Shown: in pieces, positions 25,906 through 39,614 of the stretch
How the letters are laid out: every line of letters begins with the position of its first letter
Position numbering within the stretch: the stretch's first letter is position 1
Assembly (NCBI GenBank): GCA_038087875.1
Contig: CM075998.1
Location: 4,280,001 to 4,340,000, forward strand
DNA length: 60,000 nt
Direction: 5' to 3'
Source of the DNA: Malacoraja senta
Lineage: Eukaryota
Notes under the pieces: generated by a model
What the model was told of the DNA's origin: nothing
Seen by the model: the letters and a program-made list of their open reading frames with translations, nothing else
The model's database searches: none
Position numbers and translations under genes: made by a program

Positions 25906-28770
25906 TCCACGGTGCCAATAACTTACCAAGCAATTATTTCTACAACTAACTATGCATCTCATGCAAAATGAAAAAAATACACCTGTTCCCGATGATTTTG
26001 ATTTCTCAATTTGGTTGCTACTCTTGAAAATCTTATGTTTCAACTTTCTGCGCTGTTTCAATGTTTCTCCTTTATAATCTTAACACCATACTGTGCACAG
26101 TTGAGTTTCGTTCAGTTTAGAGATACAGCGTGAAAACAGGACGTTCGGCCCACCAAGTCCGTGCCGACCAGCGATCCCCGCTCGCAAACGCCAACCTGCA
26201 CTGGCGGTGATTTACAATTTACACCAAGCCAATTAACCCACAAATCTGTGCGCCTTTGGATTGTGGGAGGAAACCGGTGCTCCTGGAGAAAACCCCACGC
26301 GGGTCACGGGGAGAACGGACAAACTCTGTACAGACAGCACCCGTAGTCAGGATCGGATTGGGGTCTCTGGTGCTGTAAGGCAGCAACTCCACCGCTGCGC
26401 CACCGTGCTGCCCAAGTTCTTCAAGCTTTCCCTGCCCAGATCCTATACATGTTTAACTAGCTTCACTGTCGAATTCTATGCCTCTGGAAATAAATCCGAA
26501 TGCTTTGTTACCATTTATTCATTGATTCCCTCGATTTATTGGCTCGTCCATCCAATCCCATTTCTTAGAAACGTAGAAACATAGAAAATAGGTGCAGGAG
26601 TAGGCCATTCGGCCCTTCAAGCCTGCACCGCCATTCAATATGATCATGGCTGATCATCCAACTCAGTATCCTGTACCTGCCTTCTCTCCATACCCCCTGA
26701 TCCCTTTAGCCACAATGGCCAACTCTAACTCCCTCTTAAATATGGCCAATGAACTGGCCTCAACTACCTTCTGTGGCAGAGAGTTCCAGAGATTGTGTAG
26801 GAAGGAACTGCAGATGCTGGTTTACACCGAAGATAGACACAAAATGCTGGAGCAACTCAGCGGGACAGGCAACATCTCTGGTGACATTTCGGGTCGAGAC
26901 CCTTCTTCAGAGGTCTAGTCCAAAGAAGGGTCTCGTCCCAAAACGTCACCCATTCCTTTTCTCCAGAGATGCTGCCTGACCCGCTGGGTTACTCCAGCGT
27001 TTTGTGTCTATCCTTCAATCCATTTCTTGCCTATTAAGGCGTTGGTGATATTTCTTATCAAAAGTATCACCCCGCATTTATTTACATTGAAATCTAGTCT
27101 GTGAGTTTTCTAATCTCCCATTCAATGTTCAGGACTTTCTCTGTGTTAGCCATTATCGTTGTTTCAGAATCATCCATAAATTTTGTAATTGAGTTGCTTA
27201 TCCGTCTCCAGATCATTAATATAAATGATTAATAATGATTAATAACTGTGCCGCCAGCCATATCCATTGTTGAAGGTAGACAAAAGTGCTGGAGAAACTC
27301 AGCGGGTGAGGCAGCATCTATGGAGCGAAGGAAATAGGCAACGTTTTGGGACGAAACCCTTCTTTAGACTTGTTGAACGCCTCTATCTAGCGTACTCCAA
27401 TCGGAACAATAACCCTATATCCAGATTTTCTACCTTTGTTTTGAATAATTTGCTATCTAAGTGTAGAGGTGCCACTGTGTAAAGTTCAGCTCTCTGAGAT
27501 AGCTGGACAGTGGACAGAGAAGTGAACTGCAATACCCAGCCCTTTGGTATCCACCACTTATGTGGGAAGGAACCACATAAGTTAAATATATCCATCTTCT
27601 TCCACAGTGAATAAAGTGAGTGGCCACATGATAATGTCCATGAGCACACAATACTACTGCTATCTAAATTTGTACACAAATGCAACCTTTATATGCATTA
27701 CATAGTTTGTGGAATGAGAAATGGCAGCTCATTCAAAGTGTAGCCTGAGCCTAAAATAGTAGCTTCTACACGAAGCATTTCACAGAGGTCCTTTATTTTC
27801 ACTTAGTGTAGCAATTATTTTGTCTTAAAGTATATGATACATAGAAGCAATGAATGGCACTTGCTCAAATGTGGCTATGAAAACATAGGAAGATGTGGGT
27901 TGTTTAAGAAGGAACTGCAGATGCTGGAAAATCGAAGGTAGACTGGAGAAACTCAGCGGGTGCGGCAGCATCTATGGAGCGACGGAAATAGGCCACGTTG
28001 TGATGTGGGTATAACCATAGCACGGCATTCATTGCAAGGATGGGCAGCGCAGCAGTAGAGTTGCTGCCTCACAGCGCCAGAGACCCTGGTTCCATCCCGA
28101 CTACGGGTGCTGCCTGTACAGAGTTTGTACGTTCTCCCCGTGACCTGCGTGGGTTTTCTCCGGGCGCTCCGGTTTCCTCCACACTCCAAAGACGTCCAGG
28201 TTTGTCGGCTAATTGGCTTCAGTATAGTTGAAACTTATCCTTGGTGTGTAGGATCGTGCTAGTGTACGGGATGATCGCTGGTCGGCGTGGACTCGGTGGG
28301 CCGAAGGGCCTGTTTCCATACTGTTTTTATAAAAAATCTAAAGTCTAATAACCAATCTGCTGGCTCTGGTAAGGTGCAGTAAAATGTCCTCCTTTGTTTC
28401 TCAGGTCAGCAAGGCAGGACCACCACTTGATTGGGAGCCCAACCCCAACCTACTTGTCTTACTTGCGTTGACAGTTAGACAGGTACATGGATTGGACAGG
28501 TTTGGAGGGATATGGACCAAGCACAGGCAAGTTGGACTAGTGTAGCTGTGGCATGTTGGTCGGTGTGGGCAAGTTGGGCCGAAGGGCCTATTTCCACGCT
28601 GTATCACTCTATAGATCTTGTCCAAGAAGCTCTCATTCTCCACGATGATCCTGAGGTCATCCAGCTGCTGCTCCAGTTCCCTAATGTGGTCTTGAACCAG
28701 CTGTACATGGACACAGTTCCCACACGTGTAGTCGTCAGCGACCCCGGCAGTCTCCCTGACTTCCCACATC

Positions 28771-29160
28771 CTTATAGAAATGTACAAAATTCTTATGGGG
28801 TTGGACAGGCTAGATGCAGGAAGATTGTTCCCGATGTTAGGGAAGTCCAGGACAAGGGGTCACAGCTTAAGGATAAGGGGGAAATCCTTTAAGACCGAGA
28901 TGAGGAAAAACGTTTTCACACAGAGAGTGGTGAATCTCTGGAACTCTCTGCCACAGAGGGTAGTTGAGGCCAGTTCATTGGCTATATTTAAGAGGGAGTT
29001 AGATGTGGCCCTTGTGGCTAAGGGGATCAGGGGGTATGGAGAGAAGGCAGGTACGGGATACTGAGTTGGATGATCAGCCATGATCATATTGAATGGCGGT
29101 GCAGGCTCGAAGGGCCGAATGGCCTACTCCTGCACCTATTTTCTATGTATCTATGTATCC
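28771..29160 (+). mobile_element. CR1 LINE 3' fragment near-identical to 23881-24270
   Basis: ORF 28780-29064 almost identical to the C-terminus of ORF 22180-24174. Confidence 0.9.
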
Positions 29161-29518
29161 TGCAGGAGGTGTATTGTACCAACTTAGAGTCACAGAGTGA
29201 TACAATTATACAGTGTGGAAACAGGCCCTTTGGCCAACTTGCCCACACCGACCAACATATCCCACCTGCCCACGTTGGCCCGTATCCCTCCAAACCCGTC
29301 CTATCCATGTACCTGTCTAACTGCTTCTTAAATATTGCGATAGTCCCAGCCTCAACTACCTCCTCTGGCAGCTCGTTCCATACACCCACCACCCTTTGTG
29401 TGAAAAAGTTACCCCTCAGATTCCTATTAAATCTTTCCCCCTTCACCTTAAACCTATGTCCTCTGGTCTTCGATTCACCATCACCACTGCATCTGCCGTA
29501 AAGCAGACGCAGAGCACA

Positions 29519-29940
29519 CAGATGTTTTATACATGGATTTTACCAATGCATTCGACAAGGTTCCACATGGTTGGCTGCTCTGGAAGATTAAATCGCATGG
29601 GATCCAAGGAGAGATAGCTGAATGGATAGAAAATTGGCTTTGTGGAAGGAAGCAGAGGGTGATGGTGGAAGGTTGCATCTCAGACTGGAGGCCTGTGACC
29701 AGTGGTGTGCCTCAGGGTTCGGTGCTGGTCCCATTACTGTTTGTCATCTACATCAATGATTTCGATGAGAACATACATGGCAAGGTTAATAAGTTTGCAG
29801 ATGACACTAAAGTGAGTGGTATAGCAGATAGCGAAGATGGTTGTCAAAAATCCTGGTTCTCAAAAATTACAGCAGGATCTTGATCGATTGGGTAGGTGGG
29901 CTGAAGAGTGGTTAATGGTGTTTAATACAGAGAAGTGTAT
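29519..29940 (+). mobile_element. CR1 RT internal fragment
   Basis: 'DFTNAFDKVPH...GVPQGSVL...KFADDTK'. Confidence 0.85.
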
Positions 29941-30494
29941 CTGTATTAAACCTAATACTTAATGCAGAGTATTCAGTTTACTCTGACTGATGAAGGGCAA
30001 AAGCCTTCTTGATCACCCTATCTACATGCAACGTTGTTTTCAAGGAACTATGTACCTGCACTCCTAGATCTTTCTGATCGACAACACTCACCAGGAAGGG
30101 TCTCGACCCGAAACGTCACCCATTCCTTCTCTCCAGAGATGCTGCCTGTCCCGCTGAGTTACTCCAGCATTTTATGTCTATCTTCGGTGTAAACAAGCAG
30201 CTGCAGCTCATTCCTACACAGCACCTCATATTCCGCTATATAAGCCTACAAACCAATGGTTATTCTGTGTTTTGGATAGAATTATTTTAATCTATTCACT
30301 AGATCAGTTTGTGTGAAATGTTGAGACTGCACCTGCCCAGACACGGTGGAGAGAAGGCATTATCCTTGCATTGTTTCAATGTTAACATTATACCCATCTG
30401 ATGATTACTGCACATGTTGGCACTGCTTCGTCCCATTGTTAACATGCAGTGTTGCCGTTACTTCTGGTCACAATTTAACAAGAAGCAGGAACAA

Positions 30495-31245
30495 TGTCAA
30501 GTCAAGTCACATTTATTTATATAAGCACATTTAAAAATCAACTCTCGTTGGCCAAAGTGCTTTACATTTGTTATAAGAATAGCATAAACAAACAAACTAC
30601 ATACATATATACATGTAGCCCTCACTCAGAGGACGTCAAGAGACATAGAAACATAGAAAAATAGAAAATAGGTGCAGGAGTAGGCCATTCGGCCCTTCGA
30701 GCCTGCACCGCCATTCAATATGATTATGGCTGATCATCCAACTCAGTATCCCATCCCTGCCTTCTCTCCATACCCCCTGATCCCTTTAGCCCCAAGGGCC
30801 ACATCTAACTCCCTCTTAAATATAGCCAATGAACTGGCCTCAACTACCTTCTGTGGCAGAGAGTTCCAGAGATTCACCACTCTCTGTGTGAAATGCTTGG
30901 GAGTATAGATAAGTTTTTAGTCTTGACTTAAAGGAGTCGATGGAGGGGGCAGTTCTGATGGGAAGGGGGATGCTGTTCCACAGTCTAGGGGCTGCAACCG
31001 CAAAGGCCCGGTCGCCCCTGAGCTTATGCCTGGACCGTGGGATATTCAGCAACCCCAAGTCGGCCGATCTGAGGGACCTGGAGGTGGAGTGGTGGGTGAG
31101 AAGACTTTTAATGTAGGTGGGGGCAAGCCCATTGAGGGCTTTGTAGACATGGAGGAGGATCTTGAAGTTTATACGGAATCACACAGGGAGCCAGTGGAGA
31201 GAGGCCAGGATCGGGGTGATGGGGTCCCTGTTTCGGGTGCCCCAA
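30495..31245 (-). mobile_element. L2-clade LINE 3' end with a nested CR1 3' fragment (30642-30894)
   Basis: 'GDRAFAVAAPRLWNSIP...SFKSRLKTYLY' is a typical L2 ORF2 end. Confidence 0.75.
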
Positions 31246-31734
31246 AAATTTAATGTTGGCATTATTATATAACGGACTCGGCGCAGAGCTAATAACAGGC
31301 CACCAACATGAGGAACCTTCATTAACTTTATGAGCCGACACACTCAGCGATGGAAGTTCTTGTTAATGTTAGCCTTTTTGTACAAGATGAAGTACTCGCC
31401 GAGGGAACTTCTGCCTCTGGCTGTTTTGTTTTGTCAGCTTTGCCGAGCAGCAACCTCTAGTGGCCACGTGATGCGGTGCACTCTCCCGACACAAAAGCCA
31501 ACAATTTAGATTGGCACAAAACCCACGATATTCCTGTTTTTCCCCCAGCCAGGGACTGTTGGATTGCCTGGACTGCAGGAAAATCAGAGGAGAGGATTTC
31601 ATGCAAGTTGTCCAATTCGCCATTTTAAATGAACTGAAAATCAGGCGTTCTCCTTTACATGCCTGTGAATTAGTGTCTGATGTGTACACACAAGTGGAAC
31701 AGAATAGCCTATTCCAGGAGTAACGAAACCATTA

Positions 31735-32040
31735 GAGCTTTTTCTGTTGCTGCTCCGGCACTCTGGAACACCTTGCCGCTGCACATCAGACAGGCCCCCT
31801 CACTGTCCATCTTCAAATCCTCCCTAAAAACATATTTTTATTCTTTGGCTTTCGACACTGGCTGAGGCATTGCCCCTGTTTTTAGTGCTTTTAATGTCTT
31901 TTAATTTTTAGTGTGTTTTTATAGTCCTTCGTTTTACGGTTTTTAATGGTTTTTAATTGTTTGTAATAGCTTTTTGTTCGTGATTTCTCATGTACAGCAC
32001 TTTGTGGCAACTGTGGTTGTTAAAGTGTTTTATAAATAAA

Positions 32041-32070
<30 letters not shown>
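31735..32070 (+). mobile_element. L2-clade LINE 3' end
   Basis: 'RAFSVAAPALWNTLPLHIRQAPSLSIFKSSLKT', AATAAA and (TTA)n tail. Confidence 0.75.
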
Positions 32071-32071
<1 letters not shown>

Positions 32072-32383
32072 GCATCAAGGTAGATGAGTTTTTTGGGGTT
32101 TAATAAAGTCAAAATCTATTAAGCCAAATCTGTATAAGCTGGCCTTGCAGACTTGCCGAAACTGAATTGAATGCAGGATTTCAATTATAATATTATAATA
32201 TATTCAAGCAAGTCCTACTGCGATTTTTCCATTTATTTGGCCAGGGATCGACTTCTACCTGGAAAAGGGCCTGAACAAGGCTTCATAAGAGATGAAGCTT
32301 CAAAATAGGACTTATTTTTTTCGGCATCATTTTATTTTGCAGTTTCGTGGTATCATTTTAATATTGGCTACAGCTGTTCATTG

Positions 32384-34363
32384 TTTAAAAATCCTTTCCC
32401 CAGAGAAACCTATCGACAACACAATGTTCCCTTGATAGGGCAAAAATCAAAAAGGGCCACTTTTCAACATCATTGTATAAGGGGTAAGAGTGTTGTAAAA
32501 ACAAGCCTGAAGGCTCTGTGTCTCAATGCAAGGAGCATTTGTAATAAGGTGGATGAGTTGAATGTGCTGATAGCTATTAATGACTATGATATAGTTGGAT
32601 CACGGAGACATGGCTCCAGGGTAACCAAGGCTGGGAGTTGAACATCCAGGGATATTCAATATTCAGGAGGGATAGACAGAAAGGGAAAGGAGGTGGGGTA
32701 GCGTTGCTGGTTAGAGAGCAGATTAACGCAATAGAAAGGAAGGACATTAGCTTGGAGGATGTGGAATCGATATGGGTAGAGCTGCGAAACACTAAGGGGC
32801 AGAAAACACTAGTGGGAGTTGTGTACAGGCCACCTAACAGTAGTAGTGGAGTTGGGGATGGCATCAAACAGGAAATTAGAAATGCGTGCAACAAAGGTAA
32901 AACAGTTATAATGGGTGACTGGGTTAGTTAGCAGTCTTGTTGTGCGTGGCCACTTGGGCAAGAGTGACCATAATATGGTTGAGTTCTTCATTAGGATGGA
33001 GAGTGACATTGTTAATTCAGAAACAAGGGTCCTGAACTTAAAGAAAGGTAACTTTGAGGGTATGAGAAGTGAATTGGCCAGGATAGACTGGCAATTGATT
33101 CTTAATGGGTTGACGGTAGATATGCAATGGAAGGCATTTAAAGACTGCATGGATGAACTACAACAATTGTTCATCCCAGTTTGGCAAAAAATAAATCAGG
33201 GAAGGTAGTGCATCCATGGATAACAAGGGAAATCAGGGATAGTATCAAAACAAAAGATGAAGCGTACAAATTAGCCAGAAAAAGCAGCCTACCAGAGGAC
33301 TGGGAGAAATTCAGAGTCCAGCAGAGGAGGACAAAGGGCTTAATTAGGAAAGGGAAATAGATTATGAAAGAAAACTGGCAGGGAACATAAAAACTGACTG
33401 CAAAAGCTTTTATAGATATGTGAAGAGAAAAAGATTAGTAAAAGCAAATGTAGGTCCCTTGCAGTCAGGAACAGGTGAATTGATCATGGGGAACAAGGAC
33501 ATGGCAGACCAATTGAATAACTACTTTGGTTCTGTCTTCACTAAGGAAGACATAAATAATCTGCCGGAAATAGCAGGGGACCGGGGGTCAAATGAGATGG
33601 AGGAACTGAGTGAAATCCAGGTTAGCCGGGAAGTGGTGTTAGGTAAATTGAATGGATTAAAGGCCTATAAATCCCCAGGGCCAGATAGGCTGCATCCCAG
33701 AGTACTTAAGGAAGTAGCTCCAGAAATAGTGGATGCATTAGTGATAATTTTTCAAAACTCTTTAGATTCTGGAGTAGTTCCTGAGGATTGGAGGGTAGCT
33801 AATGTAACCCCACTTTTTAAAAAGGGAGGGAGAGAGAAAACGGGGAATTACAGACCAGTTAGTCTAATGTCGGTAGTGGGGAAACTGCTAGAATCAGTTA
33901 TTAAAGATGGGATAGCAGCACATTTGGAAAGTGGTGAAATCATTGGACAAAGTCAGCATGGATTTACGAAAGGTAAATCATGTCTGACGAATCTTATAGA
34001 ATTTTTCGAGGATGTAACTAGTAGAGTGGATAAGGGAGAACCAGTGGATGTGTTATATCTGGACTTTCAGAAGGCTTTCGACAAGGTCCCACATAAGAGA
34101 TTAGTATACAAACAAAGCACATGGTATTGGGGGTTCAGTATTGATGTGGATAGAGAACTGGCTGGCAGACAGGAAGCAAAGAGTAGGAGTAAACGGGTCT
34201 TTTTCACAATGGCAGGCAGTGACTAGTGGGGTACCGCAAGGCTCAGTGCAGGGACCCCAGCTATTTACGATATATATTAATGATTTGGACGAGGGAATTG
34301 AATGCAACATCTCCAAGTTTGCGGATGACACAAAGCTGGGGGGCAGTGTTAGCTGTGAGGAGG
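32384..34363 (+). mobile_element. CR1 LINE internal fragment (APE endonuclease + RT, frameshifted, no 3' end)
   Basis: 'LNARSICNK', 'GKGGGVAL', 'VVYRPPN', 'SDHN' endonuclease motifs, then RT highly similar to 22178-23380. Confidence 0.9.
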
Positions 34364-34940
34364 AAACAATACAGAATCAGAGGAGAGGATGAACAGCTGT
34401 GGCCAATATTTAAATGATACCATGAAACTGGAAAATAAAATGGTGCCGAAAAAAATAATAGTCCTATTTTGAAGCTTCAGCTCATATGAAGCCTTGTTCA
34501 GGCCCTTTTCCAGGTAGAAGTCGGTCCCCGGCCAAATCAATGGAAAATTGCATGGATAGGACAGGTTTAGATGGATATGGGCAAACGCAGGCAGGTGGGA
34601 CTAGTGAAGATGGGACATGTTGGTCGGTGTGGGCAAGTGAAGGGCCTGTTTCCACGCTGTATGATTCTATGACTCTATAACAGCTCATTCAATTCAATTC
34701 CATTCAATTCCAATTCCTCTTTATTGTCATCTTGCAAGGAACAGTTGTGCAGTGCAAAACGAAAAGACGTTTCCCAGGGAATACCGGAGCATCGCACATG
34801 ACGTTTAAAACATTTCACACATAATAATAACAACACTAAAACAATCCAGTCCCTGATGGAACAGTATAAGTTAAAATAGATACAAACAACGTTAAAATAC
34901 AGTGAGACCAATCATAACATGTCCAGGGTGGCTGATTTGA

Positions 34941-35047
34941 GTGTCCAGTGCCAGTTATTGAAGTGTCCAGTGCCAGTTATTGAAGTGGCCAGTGCCAGTT
35001 ATTGAAGTGGCCAGTGCCAGTTATTGAAGTGGCCAGTGCCAGTTATT
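34941..35047 (+). repeat. 22-bp minisatellite (~5 copies) in the 3'UTR of a minus-strand Rex1-like fragment (34690-35250)
   Basis: GTG(G/T)CCAGTGCCAGTTATTGAA repeated; neighbouring - strand ORF 'LLPSGKRYRSIK'. Confidence 0.85.
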
Positions 35048-35837
35048 ATAGTGTCCGTGCCAAGCCGCAGAATCAGGTGACTGTGAGTACAGAGTGGCTG
35101 TTTAGCAGCCTCACAGCATATGGCAGGAAGCTGTTTAGCAGTCTTGTAGTCCAGGCTTTGATGCTGCGATATCTCTTGCCTGATGGCAGGAGATCCAGGT
35201 GTATGTGGAGGGGGTGCATTTTGTCCTTGGCAAATTTTTGAGCTTTTTTCCGACAGCGGCTCAGGAATCTCCCAATTCTCATTTCTATTGAAGCCAGACA
35301 TCTCCAGGTGCAGCCTATGAAGTAACACAAAGAACATATCAATACGAATGCAGTGCACTGCAGTGGCTGAGGCTGGCATTTTCCCAAGATACCATGCTCA
35401 ACATTTTAAGACTCTTTAGTTGAGCAGTTGACTGTTACCTGGCGCGTCTAGTCTTGGGGGAATGGCATGAACTAGGCCTTGCTGTGCGACAACGGAGTCA
35501 ATAGGTGATGTCCTAGTAAGTCTTCAATAGTCACACATGCTACCAGTCCACTGACCTTTCCAGCTATTGAATACTGCCCTCAGTATTCAAGTTATTCCAG
35601 TAACATGCAGGAAGTCCTACATTACCTTTTACACAGCTCAATATCCCTATAAGTATTCCTTCATTCACAGCCAAACACACCAGACAGCAGTAGAAGATTC
35701 TCATCACCTATGTTATCTTACTTCCTGTATCTGTTGTTACTCCATGCTGGCACCTGGGTTGCATTCCATATGATGACATAGAGAAGGTCTTCACCATCTC
35801 TGTCTTCTTCTTGAAGGGAAAATATTTCACAATCAAA

Positions 35838-36385
35838 GGGCGGCACGGTGGCGCAGCGGTAGAGTTGCTGCCTCACAGTGCCAGGGTCCAGGGTTCGATG
35901 CTGACTACGGGCGCTGTCTGTACGGAGTTTGTACGTTCCCCCCCGTGACCTGCGTGGGTTTTCTCCAGGTGCTCCAGTTTCGTCCCACACTCCCAAGACA
36001 TAGACAAAAACATTGGCTAATTGGCTTTGGTATAATTGTAAATTGTCCCTAGTGTGTGTCGGATAGTGTTAAGGGCCTGTCCCACTTTCACGACCTAATT
36101 CACGACCAATGCCGAGTTTGCCCTTGACTCATACTCGCAGCATGGTCTTCACGAGGTCGTAGGAGGTCGTAGGAGGTCGTAGCAGGCCGTGATGCTAGTC
36201 GTAGGTACTCGTGGCATCAAGTAGGTCGGGGCGTTTTTCTAGCATGATGAAAAATGTCCACGAGTAAAAAAGGTCGTGAATTAGGTCGTGAAAGTGGGAC
36301 AGGCTCTTTAGTGTGCGGGGATCGCTGGTCGGCGCAGACTCGGTGGGCTGAAGGGCCTGTTTCCGCGCTGTATCTCGACACTAAA
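35838..36385 (+). mobile_element. HE1/V-SINE-like SINE interrupted by a MITE
   Basis: GGCACGGTGGCGCAGCGGTAGAG A-box region, GGTTCGATGC B-box, CR1-like tail. Confidence 0.85.
36072..36307. mobile_element. PIF/Harbinger-type MITE
   Basis: TIRs AGGGCCTGTCCCACTTTCACGACC; exact TTA duplication of the SINE empty site GTG-TTA-GTG. Confidence 0.85.
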
Positions 36386-38104
36386 TACTAAAGTTAAATT
36401 AAAAGAAGAAATAATAATGCAGCAAGCATTTGTAATCCATTGCGCGTTGCTAAGTTGCTCCATTATTCCCGAAAAAAACTTGTTTCTACTTCTTGAATTC
36501 TTTTTCTGCTGTTATTGTGCCACTTGACAAACCCAGCAATGAGTGTGAGTAAATTGTAGAACCATAGACGGTATTGGTGTTACTATTAAGTCAGAGAAGC
36601 AGGGCCACTAATCCTGTCCAAACCCCTCTTTCTATTTGGGCTGCATGGACTAATAGCACTCAACTAACTCCAAGCAAAATCCCCATTACTGAGGTGGTGA
36701 ATGCAAGAAATCAAGATTAGTCTGAACGCCTTAGCGTCAGAATTACGCCTAAACGTAACGTTCTGGGTGTTAAAAAAAAATCTCCCTTGTGATGTCATTT
36801 CTTAGTTCCCAACCTGCAGCTTCACATATATATATATATATATAACTTAAGTAGGTTTGGCTGGACATGGAGTAATGTCGTTTTAATTTAAAACATGAGG
36901 ATTTCAATGTCTGAAATTCCTTTACAATCTCAAATTTCATTCGGGCTTCTGCGTGCAACACCAGAAGGAACAGAGCAATAATCCATGAAGGACATTTTTC
37001 AGCAACAGATTCTAAACTGAAAATAGGAAAGATGGTAAAATAACCAAGTGCTCTGGACTCTGGTCTTTGTTCCAAATCCACCAAGACTGTTGCATTTAAA
37101 AATCTGGTCACCAATTGCAACATCCTATCCATTAGCTTATGGACCTAAATCTGCAGTTTACAATGCTCCAGATAGTGTGAAATCATTCAAGAGAATCTCA
37201 GAATGTAGCTGTTATGTGTTGGCATTGGTAACAGCCTCACTGAACCACAACTACATCTGTGGTAGGTGACTACATCTCGAGTAACTTTGGCTCGAGTGAT
37301 GAGTTGGAATCTGAGTTTGGGCACGCTTGTGCATCATGGAGGAAGAACGTTACTTGGACACCTTGTTCCACGGGACATCTACCCACTAGGGTGGATTTGG
37401 CTAATGGAAAGGAGGATATGAGTGAGGCGGGTGTGGGAATCCAGAAGATAGCTTCGGAGGAGTCTCAATGTTTTACCATTATTCTATAAGTATGAGGTTT
37501 GTGCAGTCTATGAGCAAAAGCAGAGACTGCAGGTGGATGAACAAAAACTCAACGCAGCGCCCTGGGTTAAGTGGCCATTCAATTTGGGGAGTGAAACCAA
37601 ATGAAGCAGTGATCAGGGACGGATGGACACAAAATGCTGGAGTAACTCAGCAGGTCAGGCAGCATCTCTGGAAAAAAAGGACATTTCAGGTCGAGCCCTT
37701 TCCTCAGTCTTCAGTCAAGTATATGTCATAAGATTTGATTCGATGGTACAAATAGCAATAAATGGGTGTGATCTAATAGCCGCTACAAATATGAGGTTAC
37801 AAGGTGAGCAAAGGCAGGGAACTGAAGATTCCGCAGTCGTGGACATTTTGGAATGAGATACATGGAAAAGCTTTGCGTGCAACATTTGGACAGGTACATG
37901 GATAGGATAGGTTGAGAGGGATGTGGGCTAGTGCAGGCAGGTGGGGCTAGTGTATGTAGGTCAGTGTGGGCAAGTTGGGCCGAAGCGCCTGTTTCCGCGC
38001 TGTATTACTCCATAACATGAGTACAATCGCGACAGGTAGTACAAAGAAAAAAATACCAGTGTACAGTATCTCGTGCTACAATGAAGACTGTTACATTATA
38101 ATTG

Positions 38105-38550
38105 TTACTTTATTCTTTGGAGCGCAGAAGGTTAAGGGGGGACTTGATAGAGGTCTTTAAAATTATGAGCGGGTTAGACAGAGTGGACATGGATAAGCTT
38201 TTCCCATTGAGAGTAGGGAAGATTCAAACAAGGGGACATGACTTGAGAATTAAGGGACAGAAGTTTAGGGGGAACATTAGGGGGAACTTCTTTACTCAGA
38301 GAGTGGTAGCTGTGTGGAATGAGCTTCCAGTGGAAGTGGTGGAGGCTGGTTCGATTTTATCCTTTAAAAATAGATTGGATGGGTATATGGACGGGAAAGG
38401 AATGGAGGGTTATGGTCTGAGTGCAGGTAGATGGGACTAGGGGGAAGTAATTTTTTTAAAAAGATAGAAAAAAAGAAAAGAAAAAAGTGTTCGGCACGGA
38501 CTTGAATGGCCGAGATGGCCTGTTTCCGTGCTGTTATGGTTATATGGTTA
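38105..38550 (+). mobile_element. CR1 LINE 3' fragment
   Basis: 'LYSLERRRLRGDLIEVFKIM...NFFTQRVVAVWNELP'. Confidence 0.85.
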
Positions 38551-39414
38551 TTTACAGAGAAAGTGCAGAAAAGTACTAGGGATGCAATAAGGTAGGGTAG
38601 GAGATCAGGACTCCATCCTTGGTTATTGAAAGGCCCGTACAGAGGGTGGTGAAGCTGGTGGAATTCATTGCCACAGGCGGCTGTGGAGGCCAAGCCAATG
38701 GATATTTTTTAGGCAGATTCTTGATTAGGAAGGGTTTAGTTTAGTTTAGAGATACAGCATGGAAACAGGCCCATCAGCCCACTGGGTCCGCGCCGACCAG
38801 TGATCCCCGCACATTGACACTATCCCACACCTACTAGGGACAATTTTTTTTACATTTACACCAAGCCAATTAACCTACAAATTTGTACGTCTTTGGAGTG
38901 TGGGAGGAGACCGAAGATCTCGGAGAAAACCCACGCAGGTCACAGGGAGAACGTACAAACTCCACACAGACAGCAACCGTAGTCGGGATCGAACCCAGGT
39001 CTCCGGCGCTGCATTCGCTGTAAGGCAGCAACTCTACCGCTGTGCCACTGTTATGGGGATATGTCATGGGTTATGGGTAGAAGGCAGGAGAATGGGGTTG
39101 AGAGGGAAAGATAGATCAGCCATGATTGAATGGTGGAGTAGACTTGATGGACCGAATGGCCTAATTCTGCTCCTAGAATTGATGATAGAAGTTGTTCCAG
39201 AATCTGGTGGTACCTGCTTTCAAGCTTTTCTATCTTTTCCCTGACGGGAGAGATGAGAAGAGGGAATGACTGGGGTGTAAATGGTCCTTGGTTATGTGGG
39301 CTGCCTTCCCAAGGCAGCGCGAAGTGTAGATGGAGTCGATCTTTGGAGGTGGGGGTGGGAGGTCAGCACAGGGGTCAGGAATGACCTTGCTCAGAAGATA
39401 AAGCTTACAATTAG

Positions 39415-39614
39415 NNNNNNNNNNNNNNNNNNNNNNNNNNNNNNNNNNNNNNNNNNNNNNNNNNNNNNNNNNNNNNNNNNNNNNNNNNNNNNNNNNNNNN
39501 NNNNNNNNNNNNNNNNNNNNNNNNNNNNNNNNNNNNNNNNNNNNNNNNNNNNNNNNNNNNNNNNNNNNNNNNNNNNNNNNNNNNNNNNNNNNNNNNNNNN
39601 NNNNNNNNNNNNNN
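39415..39614. other. Assembly gap (200 N)
   Basis: Run of N. Confidence 1.

Noticed and set aside
35838..35910. tRNA-like sequence with A and B boxes
   Set aside because: Head of a multi-copy SINE, not a tRNA gene
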